Notes under the pieces: generated by a model
Databases searched by the model: none
Told to the model about the DNA's origin: nothing
The model's input: only the letters and a program-made list of their open reading frames with translations
NCBI GenBank assembly: GCA_964463915.1
Contig: CAYXEH010000002.1
Location: 22,038 to 86,037, forward strand
Source: an uncultured Bacteroidales bacterium
Lineage (GTDB): Bacteria > Bacteroidota > Bacteroidia > Bacteroidales > UBA7960
Length of the DNA: 64,000 nt
Direction of reading: 5' to 3'
Translations under genes and position numbers: made by a program
Part shown: piece after piece, positions 1 through 9,814 of the stretch
Position numbering within the stretch: the stretch's first letter is position 1
Layout of the letters: each line of letters begins with the position of its first letter

Positions 1-884
1 GGATTAATAGCCATCTGTATGTGGGATCTGACACATTGACCAGGTTTGTGGCCCCGCTCACAGAAGAATCCATCAAGATGTTGCTGCTGGTGTGGTTAAT
101 TAACCGTCGAAAGATCGGATTCATGATCGATGCAGCCATATACGGATTTGCCATTGGAACCGGATTTGCCGTGGCCGAAAATTTCTGGTATTACCTGCAG
201 CTGGGCGCTGATTTCCATGTATTACTGGCCATTATAAGGGGATTTGGTACTGCCCTTATGCACGGGGGAACTGTTGCCTTACTCGCAATCATTTTCATTG
301 AAGGGGCCCATAAAAACAAAAAGGTGGCCGGGGCTTTCCTCGGCCTTTCCATTGCCGTAATTCTTCATGCTACATTCAACCATTTTATTCTCAATCCTTT
401 TTTACATACACTGCTGATCATAAGCCTGCTACCCCTGGTATTCTACCTGGTCTTTTTGTGGGCCAACCGAAACCTCCGGCAGTGGCTGGAGGTAGAGTTC
501 AGTAACGAGATTGACATGCTGGGCATGATGCGTCGCGGAAAATTCAGGGATACCAAAGCGGGGCAGTACCTGGCCTCCATCAGGGACCATTTCCCTCCTG
601 AAGTCCTGGTAGACATGTATTGTTTTTTCAGCATTTACCTGGAACTGTCCATCAAGGCAAAACGCAATATGCTGTTGAAAGAAAGCGGATTCCCTCCCCT
701 GGTCGAAGACGACATCAAAGATAAACTTGTGGAGTTCAAACAACTGCGCCACGAAATCGGGAAAGCAGGAGAGATGGCCCTTATGCCTTTGGTGCGGATG
801 AATTACAGGGAATTATGGGAACTGGATCAATGGAACCCTCAAATTGACAACAATCCGGAGAAAAACTCCGTTAGCAAAATGTAA
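1..884 (+). CDS. PrsW-family intramembrane metalloprotease, 5' end outside window
   Basis: ORF 21..884 stays open to the window edge. Polytopic membrane protein with PrsW hallmarks: EExxK (TEESIKM), FAVAEN and a histidine motif (HATFNH). The EE motif lies only 15 aa into the ORF, so the N-terminus is missing. Confidence 0.7.
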   Translation, partial: INSHLYVGSDTLTRFVAPLTEESIKMLLLVWLINRRKIGFMIDAAIYGFAIGTGFAVAENFWYYLQLGADFHVLLAIIRGFGTALMHGGTVALLAIIFIEGAHKNKKVAGAFLGLSIAVILHATFNHFILNPFLHTLLIISLLPLVFYLVFLWANRNLRQWLEVEFSNEIDMLGMMRRGKFRDTKAGQYLASIRDHFPPEVLVDMYCFFSIYLELSIKAKRNMLLKESGFPPLVEDDIKDKLVEFKQLRHEIGKAGEMALMPLVRMNYRELWELDQWNPQIDNNPEKNSVSKM

Positions 885-925
885 AAAATATCAACCATTC
901 ATTTCATAAACTAAAAACCAAAACA

Positions 926-2032
926 ATGAAATCCAAAAATGTAATCACCGTAGTAATTACCCTGATCATTGGATTCAGTATCGGACTGATGACTGGTGTG
1001 ACCCTGACAAGCCCGGGCATGAGCCTGCGGGAAGCGGCCGGTACCATCGGACGCGTGGACCAGTATCGCAATGTCCGCATTACCCAGAAAGACATTGAGT
1101 TACAAAATGACCTGATGGAAGATGCACAGCGGCGGGAGGCCTTTATCGACTACCTGACCTATGAATACACCAACAACCTTCAAATGAAGGACAATGTCCG
1201 CCTGGCCCTCGCCAGCAGCCAGGATGCAGACAATTTCCGTAATTCCAACTCAAAAACCATTGAACAGCTTGATCAATACTCCGAATTCCTCGACAATGCC
1301 CGGCTGCGTACGCTCGAGGCCATTGGAGCCCTTCGCGAACTCGGCGACAAAGACAAGGTGGCCATTCACACCATTTTGAAAGACGCCGGCAACACACTGG
1401 CACAAAATAACCTGCGTAGTGATGTGTTGTTTGATTTTATGCTCGGGGTGGAAAGATTCTTCGAAACCGCTTCCCCCGGCGAATTTCCGGATCTGGCCAA
1501 CGCCCACGACCGTATTTTCGCAAATCTGGTGGCTGAAAACCTCGTCAAAGGAGACCGCCCCACGCTGAACCATCTGTTTACCAAAGAATTTTTGGGCGAT
1601 GTCGAACGTTTAGGACAGCAATATACTGATTCAGAGCAACTGGAGTTTTATGTGGATGCCGAACAACTGGGCAAAATCATGGTATGGGACGCCGAACAAC
1701 TGGAGTCATTGGGATTACACGATGCGGAGCAACTGGGACAAATATTGTTTGATGCAGAAAAATTGGAGGGGGGTCTTCTGGATGCTGAACAGATGGGGTC
1801 GCTTATAATGGATACAGAACAGATGGGAATGATAAACCTGGATACGGAACAGTTAGGAACAATGTTGAACGCGGGTCACCCGCCATTGTCCGATTCAGAG
1901 CAACTGGGTTTCGCTGACTCAGAGCAACTGGGAGTTTGGGATGCCGAACAACTCGGCGCAATTTGGGATGCCGAACAACTCGGCGCATTCAGAGATGCCT
2001 CTGATCAACTGCAGTTAATTATTCCTCTGTAA
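926..2032 (+). CDS. single-pass membrane protein with acidic C-terminal D-[AST]-E-Q-[LM]-G tandem repeats (function unknown)
   Basis: N-terminal TM helix VITVVITLIIGFSIGLMTGVTL, a helical middle part, and 12-13 short acidic repeats in the last ~130 aa. Starts 41 nt after the PrsW-like gene. Confidence 0.65.
   Translation: MKSKNVITVVITLIIGFSIGLMTGVTLTSPGMSLREAAGTIGRVDQYRNVRITQKDIELQNDLMEDAQRREAFIDYLTYEYTNNLQMKDNVRLALASSQDADNFRNSNSKTIEQLDQYSEFLDNARLRTLEAIGALRELGDKDKVAIHTILKDAGNTLAQNNLRSDVLFDFMLGVERFFETASPGEFPDLANAHDRIFANLVAENLVKGDRPTLNHLFTKEFLGDVERLGQQYTDSEQLEFYVDAEQLGKIMVWDAEQLESLGLHDAEQLGQILFDAEKLEGGLLDAEQMGSLIMDTEQMGMINLDTEQLGTMLNAGHPPLSDSEQLGFADSEQLGVWDAEQLGAIWDAEQLGAFRDASDQLQLIIPL
1628..2014 (+). 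repeat. in-frame degenerate tandem repeat (about 24-33 nt units) encoding DAEQLG motifs
   Basis: The core gat-gcc-gaa-caa-ctg-gg recurs 12-13 times. An identical 26-nt block, tttgggatgccgaacaactcggcgca, occurs at 1935..1960 and 1962..1987 (27-nt period). Confidence 0.85.
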
Positions 2033-2102
2033 TAGTTATAAATAGTCCGGGGCATCCTCTGCAAATCCTGATGAATTGTTGCTTTTACATTATCTATAGC
2101 CT

Positions 2103-5039
2103 ATGCAACGCTTTATTCTTTTGTTGATCATCACTGTTTGTTGGATTTCCGGTTTTGCCCAATCCAAAATAGATATTCACCAGCTGGAGCAGGACAGGCT
2201 CCAGCTGGTGTACCTGGGCGAGGGCCCCACCTACCTCACCCCCCACCTGTTGCGCACCTTCAACAATGCCATGGACTTTCACCAGAAGTTGTGGGATTAC
2301 GACCCCGGAAAAGTATATGTCATGCTCAATGATTTTCAGGACTATGGCAATGGAGGTGCCCTTTCCATGCCACTGAACCAGGTATTCATTGGCATCGGTT
2401 CCTACAATTTTGCCTTTAGCATCATCCCTTCCAGCGAGCGTTTCCAGTGGCTGTTCAACCACGAACTCACCCACATCGTAATGACGGATAAGGCAAACAG
2501 CAGGGATAAAGCCTGGCGAAGGGCCTTTTTCGGCAAGGTTCGTCGCGATGAAAAACAGCCCATGTCTGCCCTTTGGAGCTACCTGACCGTGCCCCGGTGG
2601 TATGCTCCCCGATGGTACCAGGAGGGCATTGCCATTTTTATGGAAACCTGGATGTCTGGCGGGTTGGGTCGCACCACAGGCTACTATGATGAAATGTATT
2701 TCCGCAGCATTGTGCTGGAAGAACAGCCCATTCACTCAGTGGTAGGCTTGGAGACCGAAGGAACCGCCACCGATTTTCAGGTCGGGGCCAATGCCTATCT
2801 TTACGGGTCACGTTTTACCACCCATCTGGCGTCGGAATACGGCATCGACAAACTCAGGGATTTCTATCTGCGGTCAGAGAACAGCAAAGCCTTTTACAGC
2901 AGACAATTTAAGCAGGTTTATGGGAGGTCTGTAGAAGCTGTATGGGAAGAATGGAGTGATACTGAAAGGGTATTTCAGAAGGAAAATCTCCGGCGCATCA
3001 GGGAATATCCTCTCACAGACTTTTCGCCCATCACAGAACATCCCCTGGGCAATGTGTCCAATTTCCGGTACAACCCCGACACAAAGAAAATCTATGCCGC
3101 CATCAATCATCCGGGCATCATCTCACAAATAGCAGAAATTGACATTCAGACCGGATCCATCCGCAAACTGGCTGAACTAAGAAACCCAGGTTTATACTAC
3201 TCTGCCCACCTGGCTTACGATGCAGAAGAAAACCGGATATTCTTCACCGACCAAAACAGCAAATATCGCAGCCTGGAGATGGTAAATGCGGATAGCGGCA
3301 AAAAACAAACCCTCATCCCCTTCTCCCGCACCGGCGATCTGGTATTCAACCCGGCTGACCGCAGCCTGTGGGGGGTCAGATTAAACAACGGGAATGCCAC
3401 CCTGGTAAAGATTCCCGAACCTTACAACAGCATGGAACCGCTGTTTGAGGTTCCTTTCGGACAAAGCCTTTTTGACCTGGATATCTCCTCAGACGGCCGG
3501 ATGCTGTCTGCCTCCCTGTCCGGGATCAGCGGAGAACAGGAAGTCATTGTGTTTCAAATCGCATCCCTGGAAGCAGGCGACCCATCCTATCGAACCATTC
3601 ATAAACTTGAAGACAATACCCTGACCCAGTTTAAGTTTTCCCAGGACAATCAATCCCTCATCGGGACTTCTTACTATACCGGAGTATCCAATGTCTGGAA
3701 ATTGGATGTGGAAGACGGTTCCTTCGACCTGCTTTCCAATACAGACACCGGCTTTTTCATGCCTGTTCAATATGATGCAGACTCCTTGTTGGTGCTGCGT
3801 TTTTATCGTGACGGAATGCTTCCGGGGCGCATCCCCATGGAAGTGCTCCATGAGGCCAATGCCATCGAATTCATGGGCAACAGGGTAGTGAGAGATCACC
3901 CGGAGGTGGTGGAATGGTCACTGCCTCCTCCTCCCTCCATCAACCGGACCAACCTCACCGAAAGGCCTTATCGTCCGCTTGGCGAGATGTTTCTGGCCAA
4001 CGCCTGGCCCGACATCGCCGGATACAAAAACAGTGTGGCCGCCGGCTATCGCATGCTTGTCCGGGATCCGCAAGGGATCAGTCAGCTGAATGTTTTTTTG
4101 GGCGTTTCACCCTGGAGCGATTACCAAAAGAAACAACAGTTCCATGCCGATCTGGACTGGCAATACTGGAACTGGAAGCTCACGGCCTCATGGAATAAAA
4201 CCGACTTTTACGACCTGTTCGGGCCCACCAAGAGAAGCCGCGCCGGATATGCTGCCGGCTTATCATATACGAAGACCAACAGCCTGAGGCACCCCCTTCG
4301 ATGGTCTTATTCGATGGGCATATATACCTATGGCGACCTGGAAGTACTGCCCCAATACCAGAACATCGCCACGCCCATCCGCGACTTCCAGACAGCCACT
4401 GCGAGCTATGAATTATCCAGGTTGCGCACCACACTGGGTGGAATCGATGATGAGAAAGGTTTCCGCTGGGAAATTGCCGGCCAAACCAAGTATGCAGGGC
4501 AAGACCTCTACCCGGCCATCCGATCTGAACAGGAAGTGGGATTTTTGGTGCCTCATGTAAGGAACACAAGTTTCTGGATACGCAACAGCATTGGTCAGTC
4601 ATTTGGCCAAAGGTCATCACCCCTGTCAAATTTCTATCTGGGGGGATTCCGGAACAATTACGTAGACTGGCGCGATGCAAGACAATACCGTGGCAGTCTG
4701 GCATTTCCGGGTGCAGATATTGATGCCATCTCCGCAAAAAGTTTTGTACGTACCATGGGAGAACTCAACCTCAAGCCCCTGCGCACACGCAACCTTGGCA
4801 GCACCTGGATATATCCCACCCACATCTACACTTCCTTTTTCGGGACCCACCTGGCCACCGACCTGGATCAATCTGACCTTAGACGGCACTTATTCAATAT
4901 TGGATTTCAAACCGACATCGAAATCGTTTTGTTCTCCTACATGAAAACCACCTGGTCTGCAGGCTATGCAAGGTTCATTGAATCGGGCCGGGATCCGCAG
5001 GGAAAGTGGATGTTTTCGGTAAAACTCCTGGGAATGTAA
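2103..5039 (+). CDS. large secreted protein: N-terminal HExxH metalloprotease-like domain, central beta-propeller-like region, beta-rich C-terminus (putative outer-membrane or periplasmic)
   Basis: Signal peptide MQRFILLLIITVCWISGFAQ. HExxH motif in NHELTHIVM. TolB/WD40-like repeats (SSDGRMLSASLSG, SQDNQSLIGTSYYTGVSNVWKLD). The C-terminal third has alternating aromatic/polar strand-like segments. Confidence 0.4.
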   Translation: MQRFILLLIITVCWISGFAQSKIDIHQLEQDRLQLVYLGEGPTYLTPHLLRTFNNAMDFHQKLWDYDPGKVYVMLNDFQDYGNGGALSMPLNQVFIGIGSYNFAFSIIPSSERFQWLFNHELTHIVMTDKANSRDKAWRRAFFGKVRRDEKQPMSALWSYLTVPRWYAPRWYQEGIAIFMETWMSGGLGRTTGYYDEMYFRSIVLEEQPIHSVVGLETEGTATDFQVGANAYLYGSRFTTHLASEYGIDKLRDFYLRSENSKAFYSRQFKQVYGRSVEAVWEEWSDTERVFQKENLRRIREYPLTDFSPITEHPLGNVSNFRYNPDTKKIYAAINHPGIISQIAEIDIQTGSIRKLAELRNPGLYYSAHLAYDAEENRIFFTDQNSKYRSLEMVNADSGKKQTLIPFSRTGDLVFNPADRSLWGVRLNNGNATLVKIPEPYNSMEPLFEVPFGQSLFDLDISSDGRMLSASLSGISGEQEVIVFQIASLEAGDPSYRTIHKLEDNTLTQFKFSQDNQSLIGTSYYTGVSNVWKLDVEDGSFDLLSNTDTGFFMPVQYDADSLLVLRFYRDGMLPGRIPMEVLHEANAIEFMGNRVVRDHPEVVEWSLPPPPSINRTNLTERPYRPLGEMFLANAWPDIAGYKNSVAAGYRMLVRDPQGISQLNVFLGVSPWSDYQKKQQFHADLDWQYWNWKLTASWNKTDFYDLFGPTKRSRAGYAAGLSYTKTNSLRHPLRWSYSMGIYTYGDLEVLPQYQNIATPIRDFQTATASYELSRLRTTLGGIDDEKGFRWEIAGQTKYAGQDLYPAIRSEQEVGFLVPHVRNTSFWIRNSIGQSFGQRSSPLSNFYLGGFRNNYVDWRDARQYRGSLAFPGADIDAISAKSFVRTMGELNLKPLRTRNLGSTWIYPTHIYTSFFGTHLATDLDQSDLRRHLFNIGFQTDIEIVLFSYMKTTWSAGYARFIESGRDPQGKWMFSVKLLGM

Positions 5040-5081
5040 ATGGGCAATCGCCTCAAAACAATCTCATTGTATTTAAACCTG

Positions 5082-6323
5082 TCACAACCCCGGGGATAAG
5101 AAAAAGAACCAGTAGAGGAATACCAGGCCAAAGCCGGCGAGAAAAATGACCCCACCCACGGAGAGCAGGCGCAACCAACCGCCCGGCCTGTACTTATCGG
5201 GGACTTTTTTCCCGAACATCACGCGATAATTCAGCCAGGCATAAACCGGAGCAGCCAGAAAAGACAGGATCATGGCCAGGGACAGCATGTCACCGAGACG
5301 ATCTACAAAATTGGTGATGATCAAAAAACCCAGGAGACCTGAAACCACAAGAAACACATGGTGAAGCCGTTTTTGATTGATCTTCAGGGAGTCAAACAAC
5401 AGCGAGGTGGAGCCGGCAAATGACCGGGGATAGGCATCAATGGTGGTCAGCGAGGTACTTAACATGGCCGAAAATGCCGCGGCAATAATAAAAGGGGCGG
5501 CCCATTGGCCAATGGTTATTTCATAGAGATCGATCAACTGTCCGGCAAACACCGAGCCCTGAGACGACAACACCGTACCGCTGCCGAAAATGATCATTTT
5601 TCCCAAAACAAGAAAGACCAGCGCAAAAAACACAGAAGCCCCGTAGCCGGCATGAAAGTCAATCATGGCTTCACGCATTTTAATCGCTTTTTTGCGTAAC
5701 TGCTCCTGTGACCGCATCCATAAAGATGGCCAGACCGATACTTCAATCGGGGCCGGCATCCAGCCCATAAACATGATCACGAATCCGAATGAGGCAATGG
5801 TCCAGGGAGATTCTCCCTCAAACCCGGAAGGAGCAACCGGTCCGTTCACAAGGCTGATCACCATGGCGATAAGGGTTGAAACACCCAGTACCAGCACGAT
5901 TATCTTGCCGAAACTTTTCAAAAGAGAATAGCCGCCAAGAATAATGACCAATATACAGAACAACATGATTATACCTGATAAAACCGGGATGTTTACATGC
6001 GCAAACCCAAAGTTTGTCGCCAGGCTACCGGTAATCATACTTACCCCCGCAATATTGACGATGCCGGTCAGCAGGCTCATCACAAAATACAGCACCAGGT
6101 AAGGCCGGCCCATATTCAAATATCCTGCAAGAAGGGATTCTCCCGTAGCGGCCGTATACCGGTGAGCAAACAAAAAGAAAGGGTATTTGAACAAGTTAAT
6201 CAACAACAAAATTCCCAGCAAAGACCACCCGTAAGTGGCGCCGGCCTGTGTGCTGGTAACAAGATGCGATCCTCCGATGGCGGCGCCTGCCAGCAACACT
6301 CCCGGTCCAAGATATTTCCACAT
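5082..6323 (-). CDS. Nramp-superfamily-like membrane transporter (non-canonical metal-site motifs)
   Basis: 413 aa, about 11 TM segments. N-terminus KYLGPGVLLAGAAIGGSHLVTSTQAGATYG aligns to the Nramp TM1 region. FMGWMPAPIEVS aligns to the TM6 'MPH' region. The canonical DPGN and MPH residues are only partly kept. Confidence 0.6.
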   Translation of the reverse strand: MWKYLGPGVLLAGAAIGGSHLVTSTQAGATYGWSLLGILLLINLFKYPFFLFAHRYTAATGESLLAGYLNMGRPYLVLYFVMSLLTGIVNIAGVSMITGSLATNFGFAHVNIPVLSGIIMLFCILVIILGGYSLLKSFGKIIVLVLGVSTLIAMVISLVNGPVAPSGFEGESPWTIASFGFVIMFMGWMPAPIEVSVWPSLWMRSQEQLRKKAIKMREAMIDFHAGYGASVFFALVFLVLGKMIIFGSGTVLSSQGSVFAGQLIDLYEITIGQWAAPFIIAAAFSAMLSTSLTTIDAYPRSFAGSTSLLFDSLKINQKRLHHVFLVVSGLLGFLIITNFVDRLGDMLSLAMILSFLAAPVYAWLNYRVMFGKKVPDKYRPGGWLRLLSVGGVIFLAGFGLVFLYWFFFLSPGL

Positions 6324-6509
6324 AGTAAGAAACGAAAAAGGTAATACTTATTAATACGGCACAAACTTAGATATTTAATTTGCAATTTCAAAAACCATCC
6401 ATCCTGGCAGAGAATTCAGGGAAAAAATTATTCCGTGTTCCCATGGTGATCACAAAAAAAAATTACTTTTGCATTAATCGTAACACGAAACAAATAATAG
6501 TAACACGTA

Positions 6510-8576
6510 ATGAAACCAATCCAAGTCATTGTCACTGCCTGCTTAATTCTTTCTGTAGCAAAAGGGTATTCCCAGATTGTTACCACAGACACGCTACCCT
6601 CGGTATCATTATCTGAATTTGTTGTCAGCGTTTCACGCACAGAGTCCAAAATCAGTGAACTTCCTCAAAGTGTTTCCATGCTGACCAGTGATAAGATCAC
6701 GATATCTCCTTACGACAACGTTGAGGACATTTTGCAAAGCCTTCCCGGCATACACAATTTCAGGCACTCTTCATTTCACCGCAATGGGATTGTCAGCCCC
6801 CTTGAAATGCGTGGTGTGGGAAAAAACAGGGTGCTGATGCTTGTGGATGGGGTACCCCAAAATAACAACTTCAATAATTCAATTGCATGGATAGCATGGG
6901 GACACATCCCCAAAGAGGCCATTGAACGGATCGAAGTGGTCAGGGGAGCCTCCTCAGCCCTTTTTGGTTCCGAAGGACTTGGAGGTGTAATCAACATAGT
7001 CACTAAAAACCCGGAAGAAACCCGCAATATCAGTCTCAAGGCCCAGGGAGGGAGCGCATCCACCTTCGGGGGCAATGCTTTTTTCAGCCGGCAATATGGC
7101 AATTTCGGACTGCTGGCAACAGGCAGTTATCAGAAAAGTGACGGATTCTATATGCAAGACAAGCCTGAAGACTACAACACCCTACGCCACAGTGAGAAAG
7201 GCAGGCTGTTTGGGAAAATGACCTATCACTTCAATGAGAAATCCAGGCTGGGGTTTTCAGCCCTCTACTACGACCTGAATGCCGGCCAGGGAAGGGAGTT
7301 CTTTTTTCAGGAAGTACAGCTCGATCAATATACCCTGGATTACACCGGGGTATACAACGGTTTCAAACTGGAGGCAATGGCTTTTTTCAACCGGGCCAAT
7401 AAAACTGCCAACCAGGATAAAGCATCTGACAATTTCAGTTCATTGTATCGTCGGGAGCATTTCAGAGACATTTACGATACAGGATTGGAAATACAAGGTT
7501 CCGTCATTAAATGGCAGGATGCCACCCTGGCCATGGGCGGCTCCTTCAACAAGGCATACCTGGACTACTTTGAAGAGTACACCGGGAGCGAACGCAATGG
7601 TGGTGCAGAAGGTAGCCAACAGTTCTTTTCCCCTTTCGTTCTGCTCGATATCAGGTTGTTCAACAATAATCTTTTTGTCAACCTTGGTCTGCGCTATGAC
7701 CAAATTCAAACAACGAACGGCCGGAACTGGGATACCTCCGGCAGCGCCGGCATGCCTGCATATAACAATGAATACGAGAAGGTAGAACGGGAAAGCCTTT
7801 CACCTAAAATGGGCCTGGCCTGGCATCCGAATACCAATACCACTTTGCGCACCTCAGTCGGCAGAGGCTTCAGGGCACCGAGTCTTTTTGAGCTTTACAA
7901 GGTGCATGTACGCCAGGGGGGTACATTTTACCGGGAAGCAAATCCGGCACTCCACCCCGAAAAAATCACCTCATGGGATCTTGGGGCGACACACTGGCTT
8001 ACAGGAAATGCGTACATTAGTGCCACATTTTACAGATCGAAGGCCACTGATTACATTGGTGACAGGCTGATCAATTCTGCCCCTTTTGCAGGAGGCGAGA
8101 GGATCAGATATGAATACATCCCGGACAATATCAGTGAGGTAAAAATATATGGGGTAGAAGTGGAGTCACAATGGAATCCGATGCCAGATCTTTCAGTGAG
8201 CGGAAATTACACCTACAACATTTCCAAAATTGAAAAGGACGGGGAGAATGAATCCCTGACCGGAAATTACCTGCCCAACAACCCGCGGCACAACATGCAC
8301 CTGGGTATCAATTACTCAAACCCCATACTCGGGAACTTTTTCCTTGGAATGAACGGTTTTGCCAAAATATTCTATGACCAGGAAAACACCCTTGAAAAGG
8401 ATCGCTTTGCAACTGTGGATATGTCCTTTTCAAGGAACTTCACCAATCACATGAAGCTGTTTGTAAATGCCGAGAATATACTGAACAATCAATACCCGGT
8501 TTTTCTGCATCCATCCAGGGAAGATCAGATCGCACCCGGGGCTATTATAATGGGCGGGATCAAATATCAGCTATAA
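6510..8576 (+). CDS. TonB-dependent outer-membrane receptor (siderophore/cobalamin/haem class)
   Basis: Signal peptide. Plug motifs (RIEVVRGASSALFGSEGLGGVINIVTK) and a long beta-barrel. First gene of an uptake operon. Confidence 0.9.
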   Translation: MKPIQVIVTACLILSVAKGYSQIVTTDTLPSVSLSEFVVSVSRTESKISELPQSVSMLTSDKITISPYDNVEDILQSLPGIHNFRHSSFHRNGIVSPLEMRGVGKNRVLMLVDGVPQNNNFNNSIAWIAWGHIPKEAIERIEVVRGASSALFGSEGLGGVINIVTKNPEETRNISLKAQGGSASTFGGNAFFSRQYGNFGLLATGSYQKSDGFYMQDKPEDYNTLRHSEKGRLFGKMTYHFNEKSRLGFSALYYDLNAGQGREFFFQEVQLDQYTLDYTGVYNGFKLEAMAFFNRANKTANQDKASDNFSSLYRREHFRDIYDTGLEIQGSVIKWQDATLAMGGSFNKAYLDYFEEYTGSERNGGAEGSQQFFSPFVLLDIRLFNNNLFVNLGLRYDQIQTTNGRNWDTSGSAGMPAYNNEYEKVERESLSPKMGLAWHPNTNTTLRTSVGRGFRAPSLFELYKVHVRQGGTFYREANPALHPEKITSWDLGATHWLTGNAYISATFYRSKATDYIGDRLINSAPFAGGERIRYEYIPDNISEVKIYGVEVESQWNPMPDLSVSGNYTYNISKIEKDGENESLTGNYLPNNPRHNMHLGINYSNPILGNFFLGMNGFAKIFYDQENTLEKDRFATVDMSFSRNFTNHMKLFVNAENILNNQYPVFLHPSREDQIAPGAIIMGGIKYQL

Positions 8577-8647
8577 ACAAAAAAGTGTTTCTGATGAAGA
8601 TATGTACCGGACAAATATGGAAGTACACTGGGGACCTGGCTCAGTCA

Positions 8648-9814
8648 ATGCGACCTGGCATCCTGCCATACGTATTCATCCTGTCTGCACTGGTGATATT
8701 CATCACGGCCTGCAACTGGGCAGGTGAAACCGGATCTTTTTGCGAAGCCAGTAAAACCAGGTCAACTGATGGGAAAAACAAGCATGAAACCACTGTGGTC
8801 ACTGACCTCAATGGCCGTACAGTGCAGATCCCGTCTGCCGCGGAAAAAGTGATTTGTTCCGGGCCAGGTACATTAAGATTGCTGACCTATTTAAATGCAC
8901 AGGACCAGATTACAGCGGTTGACGGAATAGAAGTCCGCGGCGCTCCCATTGATGCCAGACCATACGCCATTGCCAATCCTCAGTTTAAAGAGTACCCCAT
9001 TTTCGGGGAATTTCGCGGCTTCGACAATCCCGAGCTCATCGCTGCCCTGGATGCCAGACCGGATGTCATATTCAAGATGGCGCCGGGTGGCGGCATTGAG
9101 CCCGACCAGCTGCAGGATAAAACAGGCATCCCTGTCATTACGCTTCAATACGGCAACCTGACCTATGACTATGATACATTTAAACAGGCCCTCAACCTGA
9201 TGGCCGGTATCATGGGTCAGCAGGCAAGGGCACAGGAAGTCATTGCCTATATTGATGCATCCATCGCCGACCTGCAATCCAGGATTGACAACACATCTGA
9301 AGTCTCCTGCTATATCGGGGGGCTGGGTCAGAGCGGCCCCCATGGCATCCAGTCAACAAACCCGGCTTATGCCCCTTTCCGGTTCCTGGGCATTCAGAAT
9401 GCCGCGTCCGTGTCAAACGGATCATCGCAACGCACCCATCTCAATGTATCAAAAGAACACCTCATCCTGAGTGATCCAGACATCATATTCATTGACACAT
9501 CGACCCTGCGACTGCCAGGCAAGGCCAACGCCCTGGAGCAGTTGCAGCACGATCCTGCCTTCGCGGGTATGCAGGCGGTAAGAAATGCCCGGGTATACGG
9601 GTTGTTCCCCAATAACTCGTACAACGAAAACATCGAGGTTGTTCTGGCCAATGCCTACTACATCGGAAAGATCGTGTATCCTGAAAACTTTCCTGACATT
9701 GATCCCATGGAAAAAGCGGAAGAAATTGCCCGGTTTTTTAACGGGGGTCCGGCGTTCCGTGAAATGAATCTCATGTTTGACCACACCGGTTTCTCAAAAT
9801 TGAATATACAATGA
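8648..9814 (+). CDS. ABC transporter periplasmic substrate-binding lipoprotein (FecB/BtuF-type, metal-chelate)
   Basis: The ORF track starts at 8585 (GTG). The ATG at 8648 gives a lipoprotein signal, MRPGILPYVFILSALVIFITAC. Class III binding-protein-like sequence, followed by a FecCD permease. Confidence 0.8.
   Translation: MRPGILPYVFILSALVIFITACNWAGETGSFCEASKTRSTDGKNKHETTVVTDLNGRTVQIPSAAEKVICSGPGTLRLLTYLNAQDQITAVDGIEVRGAPIDARPYAIANPQFKEYPIFGEFRGFDNPELIAALDARPDVIFKMAPGGGIEPDQLQDKTGIPVITLQYGNLTYDYDTFKQALNLMAGIMGQQARAQEVIAYIDASIADLQSRIDNTSEVSCYIGGLGQSGPHGIQSTNPAYAPFRFLGIQNAASVSNGSSQRTHLNVSKEHLILSDPDIIFIDTSTLRLPGKANALEQLQHDPAFAGMQAVRNARVYGLFPNNSYNENIEVVLANAYYIGKIVYPENFPDIDPMEKAEEIARFFNGGPAFREMNLMFDHTGFSKLNIQ

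Noticed and set aside
6324-6509. Possible cobalamin riboswitch upstream of the TonB-dependent receptor / BtuF-BtuC-BtuD-like operon
   Set aside because: The region contains agggaa and ggtga, but with the wrong spacing, and I find no B12-box (gccactg-like) core. It looks like an AT-rich divergent promoter. An Infernal/Rfam scan would be decisive.
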